Shown here in pieces: positions 60,472-64,000 of a DNA stretch of 64,000 bases. The stretch's first letter is position 1; every line of letters starts with the position of its first letter. This DNA comes from Phoronis australis. Its lineage: Eukaryota; Animalia; Phoronida. Below the pieces are notes generated by a model, which ran no database searches, was not told the origin of the DNA, and saw nothing but the letters and a program-made list of their open reading frames with translations. The position numbers and the translations under genes were made by a program. The DNA is taken from the NCBI GenBank assembly GCA_002633005.1, contig NMRA01000559.1, positions 124,001-188,000 on the forward strand, read 5' to 3'.

Positions 60472-63400
60472 CAATCTACGCATTTAGGCCTGTTATAATA
60501 ATCGTAAATGACGTCAATCCAAGGAGTATTGTGTTTTTTCTTTTATTTAATTCTATTTTTATGGGTCTTTAAAATAAATTCTTCGTAAAACGACCTACTT
60601 TATACATTACCATGCAGACTCCTCAACAAATTCTATGCCGGGGGATAGTGTGTGTGTCAAGGGAAACTACCATTTTCGTCGTTTCAGCGTCTTGTTTTGA
60701 GTCTTGATAATTTTAGTACCCTGCCCCTGCTCGTTTTTGACACCAGGCCAAGGGTCTAATCTTCGAAATTGTTTTTGACATCTTCCTTCTTGCTTCAATA
60801 CGAGCTCAAGATAAGTGTCTGAGACTAGCAGATGAGTTTCACTAGTCCAAGGTCGCACTGGGTGACTCCTAGGTTTGAGCAACAAAATCCAGGTAAAATT
60901 TTGAGTTCAGCAGAGTGAAAAATGTCAAAAATAATTTCTAGCTTGATTTTGAGTTCAACGATTAGACCCCGGGCTCAGAAAACGATTTGTGGCCGCTTCT
61001 ACTGTAAGAAAATGAGAACAGCGGTTGCCACGTGCTCGTTTCCAGTTAACCACTAACCATGTCGGAATTAAAACAACTCTGCATTTAATAAGATTACTTT
61101 TATTTTTCAAAGATAAACATAAAAAATAAATAAGGGTGTTGTACAAAAACTTAAAAGCTGCATCATTAATAACAAAAATACAACATAAAAATAACAACCT
61201 ATGGCCTGTTTCCGACAGTAGTCTTAAATTTAGTGCTCGTTAATTTGCGCCATAAGGAAAAGGTCGAAAAACAAAGTTGGTTCTGTTACGAACCCCAACT
61301 CATTTCATGACCTGTGTTCAGCCACTAAAAAGAAGAAAACAGTCCCATCGATTTCTCGTTTTTTTTTTGAAAAGCAGCACAAATGCAACTGTAGGCAAGG
61401 TTTAAAACGTTATGATTTGCCACGTGATGAGTTAAAAACAAACACCAAATACTTTTAGCAGTCTCCAACGGATTTTCTTTTTTGAAAACGAGAGTAACTA
61501 TAGAAACTGCACCATCAACCTGATTTTCAAAAAAGGCCAGAATCAACTATGATTTTTAGCCTAATCTCAAAATAAGTCACCATTTCACTACAAATAAGAG
61601 CTGGGAGTTTTCCTTAACCTGAATTGAAGTTTCACTTCAACTTGCTTTTAAGCCAGAAAACAGGAAGTACCACTGATTAGGAAAAAAAGATAGTTGGTCC
61701 TGGTCTGTATTTTTGGAAAATAGAGTTCGTGGTGATGTGTTCTGTGGCTCACCTTTCTCAAAAAGAAAATCCACCCGAGACTAACAAAAACGATTCGGCA
61801 AATCATGCTGTTTTAAACCTTGCTACCATGCCTTTGTGAAGCTTTTCAANCCGTAGATCCGCCTCTGCAATCTATGCATTTAGGTCTATTATAACAATCG
61901 TAAATGACGTCAATAGGCCAAGGAGTATTGTTTTATTTTCTTTTGTTTAATTCCATTTTTATGGGTCTTTAAAATAAGATCTTCGTAAAACGACCTACTT
62001 TATACATTACCATGCAGGCTCCTCAACAAATTCTATGCCGGGGGATAGTGTGTGTGTCAAGGGAAACTACCATTTTCGTCGTTTCAGTGTCTTGTTTGGA
62101 GTTTTAATAATTTTAGTACCCTGCCCCTGCTCGGGTGGTATCTTGGTCTTCGAGAGAGCAACAGTATAAAGGTACAAGAGTATTCCGCGAATCAGTGTTA
62201 AACCGCTCCGGCCCTCTTCGCAAAAGCTAATCCGTAGTCGCTTCAGTAGCGCCTGAAAGCGATTAAAACCGTAAAGCCTCTACAGAGACACAATCACGAA
62301 ATTAAAACTGAAGAAACCAATTTTTCATATTTTTAAGATTGTTTACAGCATCTTCACCCAGAGAGTGCATTTTTCAGGAATTTTAAACGGTCCTTGATGT
62401 ACGTGATGCTACCACACGGCTTCAGTGGGTTCATGTGTACATGGTGTTGCTGGAGAAAACGTAGGCCTACCGTGGTTTGTAAGCGGGCTGCTCCAAACGC
62501 TCACTGACTCGTGTAAATGCTGCGCCTTCAGGTTTGGCATCACAGTCTGCCAAACGGCCATTACAAACATGTAATTCTGAGAAACTACTACAGGCCACGC
62601 CCACCTAAGTTATTGTTGCAACGATCCCACAAGCGTAGTCAATATGGCGGAAGCTCTTTGAGAGCATACTACAGCAATTAACAGATGCTCTACGATATGT
62701 AGGCTATTGAACATATTTCAATTGAAACTGTTTGGAAGAACTGACGGGTGGTTATTGTTTTGCACCTGGCCCCTATTAAATTAGTCGTCACTGCTGATGA
62801 CTTTGTGTTGCCAACGCAGTATAATGGCCGCCAAAGGAATCCCTGTCCGTACTGTAGCCAATTTCACCAAAGAATCAAAATGTGACGACGTTGGATGAAA
62901 ATTTCACCTCTGAAGAAATCTGACGTTTTGACACCAGGCCAAAAGTCTAATCTTTATATTCAAAATGTAATTCGAAATTGTTTTTGACATCTTCCTTCTT
63001 GCTTCAGTACGAGCTCAAGATAAGTGTCTGAGACTAGCAGATGAGTTTTACTAGTCCAAGGTCGCACTGGGTGACTCCTAGATTTGAGCAACAAAATCCA
63101 GGTAAAATTTTGAAATTTTGAGTCCAGCAGAGTGAAAAATGTCAAAAATAATTTCTAGCTTGATTCTGAGTTCAACAATCAGACCCCTGGCTCGGAACAC
63201 GATTTGTGGCCGCTTACAGAAAGAAAATGAGAACAGCGGTTGCCACGTGCTCGTTTCCAGTTAACCACTAACCATGTGGGAATCAAAACAACTCGGCATT
63301 TAATAAGATGACTTTTATTTTTAAAGATAAACATAAAAAATAAATAAGAAAAGGGTGTTGTACAAAAACTTAAAAGCTGCATCATTAATAACAAAAATAC

Positions 63401-64000
63401 AACATAAAAATAACAACTTAGGGCCTGTTTCCGACACTAAAGTCTTAAATTTAGTACTTGTTAATTTGCGCCATAAGGAAAAGGTCAAAAAACAAAGTTG
63501 GTTCTGTTACGAACCCCAACTCATTTCATGACCTGTGTTCAGCCATTAAAAAGAAGAAAACAGTCCCATCAATGTCTCGTTTTTTTTTGAAAAGCAGCAC
63601 AAAGGTAACTGTAGGCAAGGTTTAAAACGTTATGATTTGCCACGTGATGAGTTAAAAACAAACACCAAATACTTTTAGCAGTCTCCAACGGATTTTCTTT
63701 TTTGAAAACGAGAGTAACTATAGAAACTGCACCATCAACCTGATTTTCAAAAAAGGCCAGAATCAACTATGATTTTTAGCCTAATCTCAAAATAAGTCAC
63801 CATTTCACTACAAATAAGAGCAGCTGCTGGGAGTTTTTCCTTAACCTGAACTGAAGTTTCACTTCAACTTGCTTTTAAGCCAGAAAACAGGAAGTACCAC
63901 TGATTAGGAAAAAAAAAGATAGTTGGTCCTGGTCTGTATTTTTGGAAAATAGAGTTCGTGGTGATGTGTTCTGTGGCTCACCTTTCTCAAAAAGAAAATC
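60472..64000. repeat. Apparent tandem duplication (60472-61849 / 61868-64000+), joined by n
   Basis: Colinear near-identical copies; n at 61850; the second copy has about 790 bp extra (62134-62925). Confidence 0.9.

Overview
Intron-rich animal genomic DNA, probably an invertebrate; the taxon cannot be fixed from the sequence. Three + strand protein-coding genes were rebuilt by hand from GT-AG splice sites and phase continuity. (1) A 5'-incomplete ARHGAP45/ARHGAP29/GMIP-family gene (F-BAR, C1, RhoGAP, long Ser/Thr tail, C-terminal PDZ-binding motif ERQPRFV): 24 core exons at 3662-32372, about 1300 codons. (2) A divergent regucalcin/SMP-30 paralog at 45118-50207 (302 aa). Its ORF is intact, but all three metal-ligand positions are changed (E>D, N>A, D>R). 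(3) A canonical regucalcin at 53257-59989 (302 aa). Introns and intergenic DNA carry many MITE/foldback elements, a TTAA-flanked Kolobok-like element with a decayed THAP ORF, an inverted pair of Penelope-type minimal hammerhead ribozyme motifs, a Helitron-like 3' end and several minisatellites. Two apparent tandem duplications (36.7-41.1 kb and 60.5-64 kb) are each joined by a single n and are probably uncollapsed haplotypes. Most ORF-track entries are spurious or are partial exons. All coordinates were counted by eye and may be off by a few bases for repeats.
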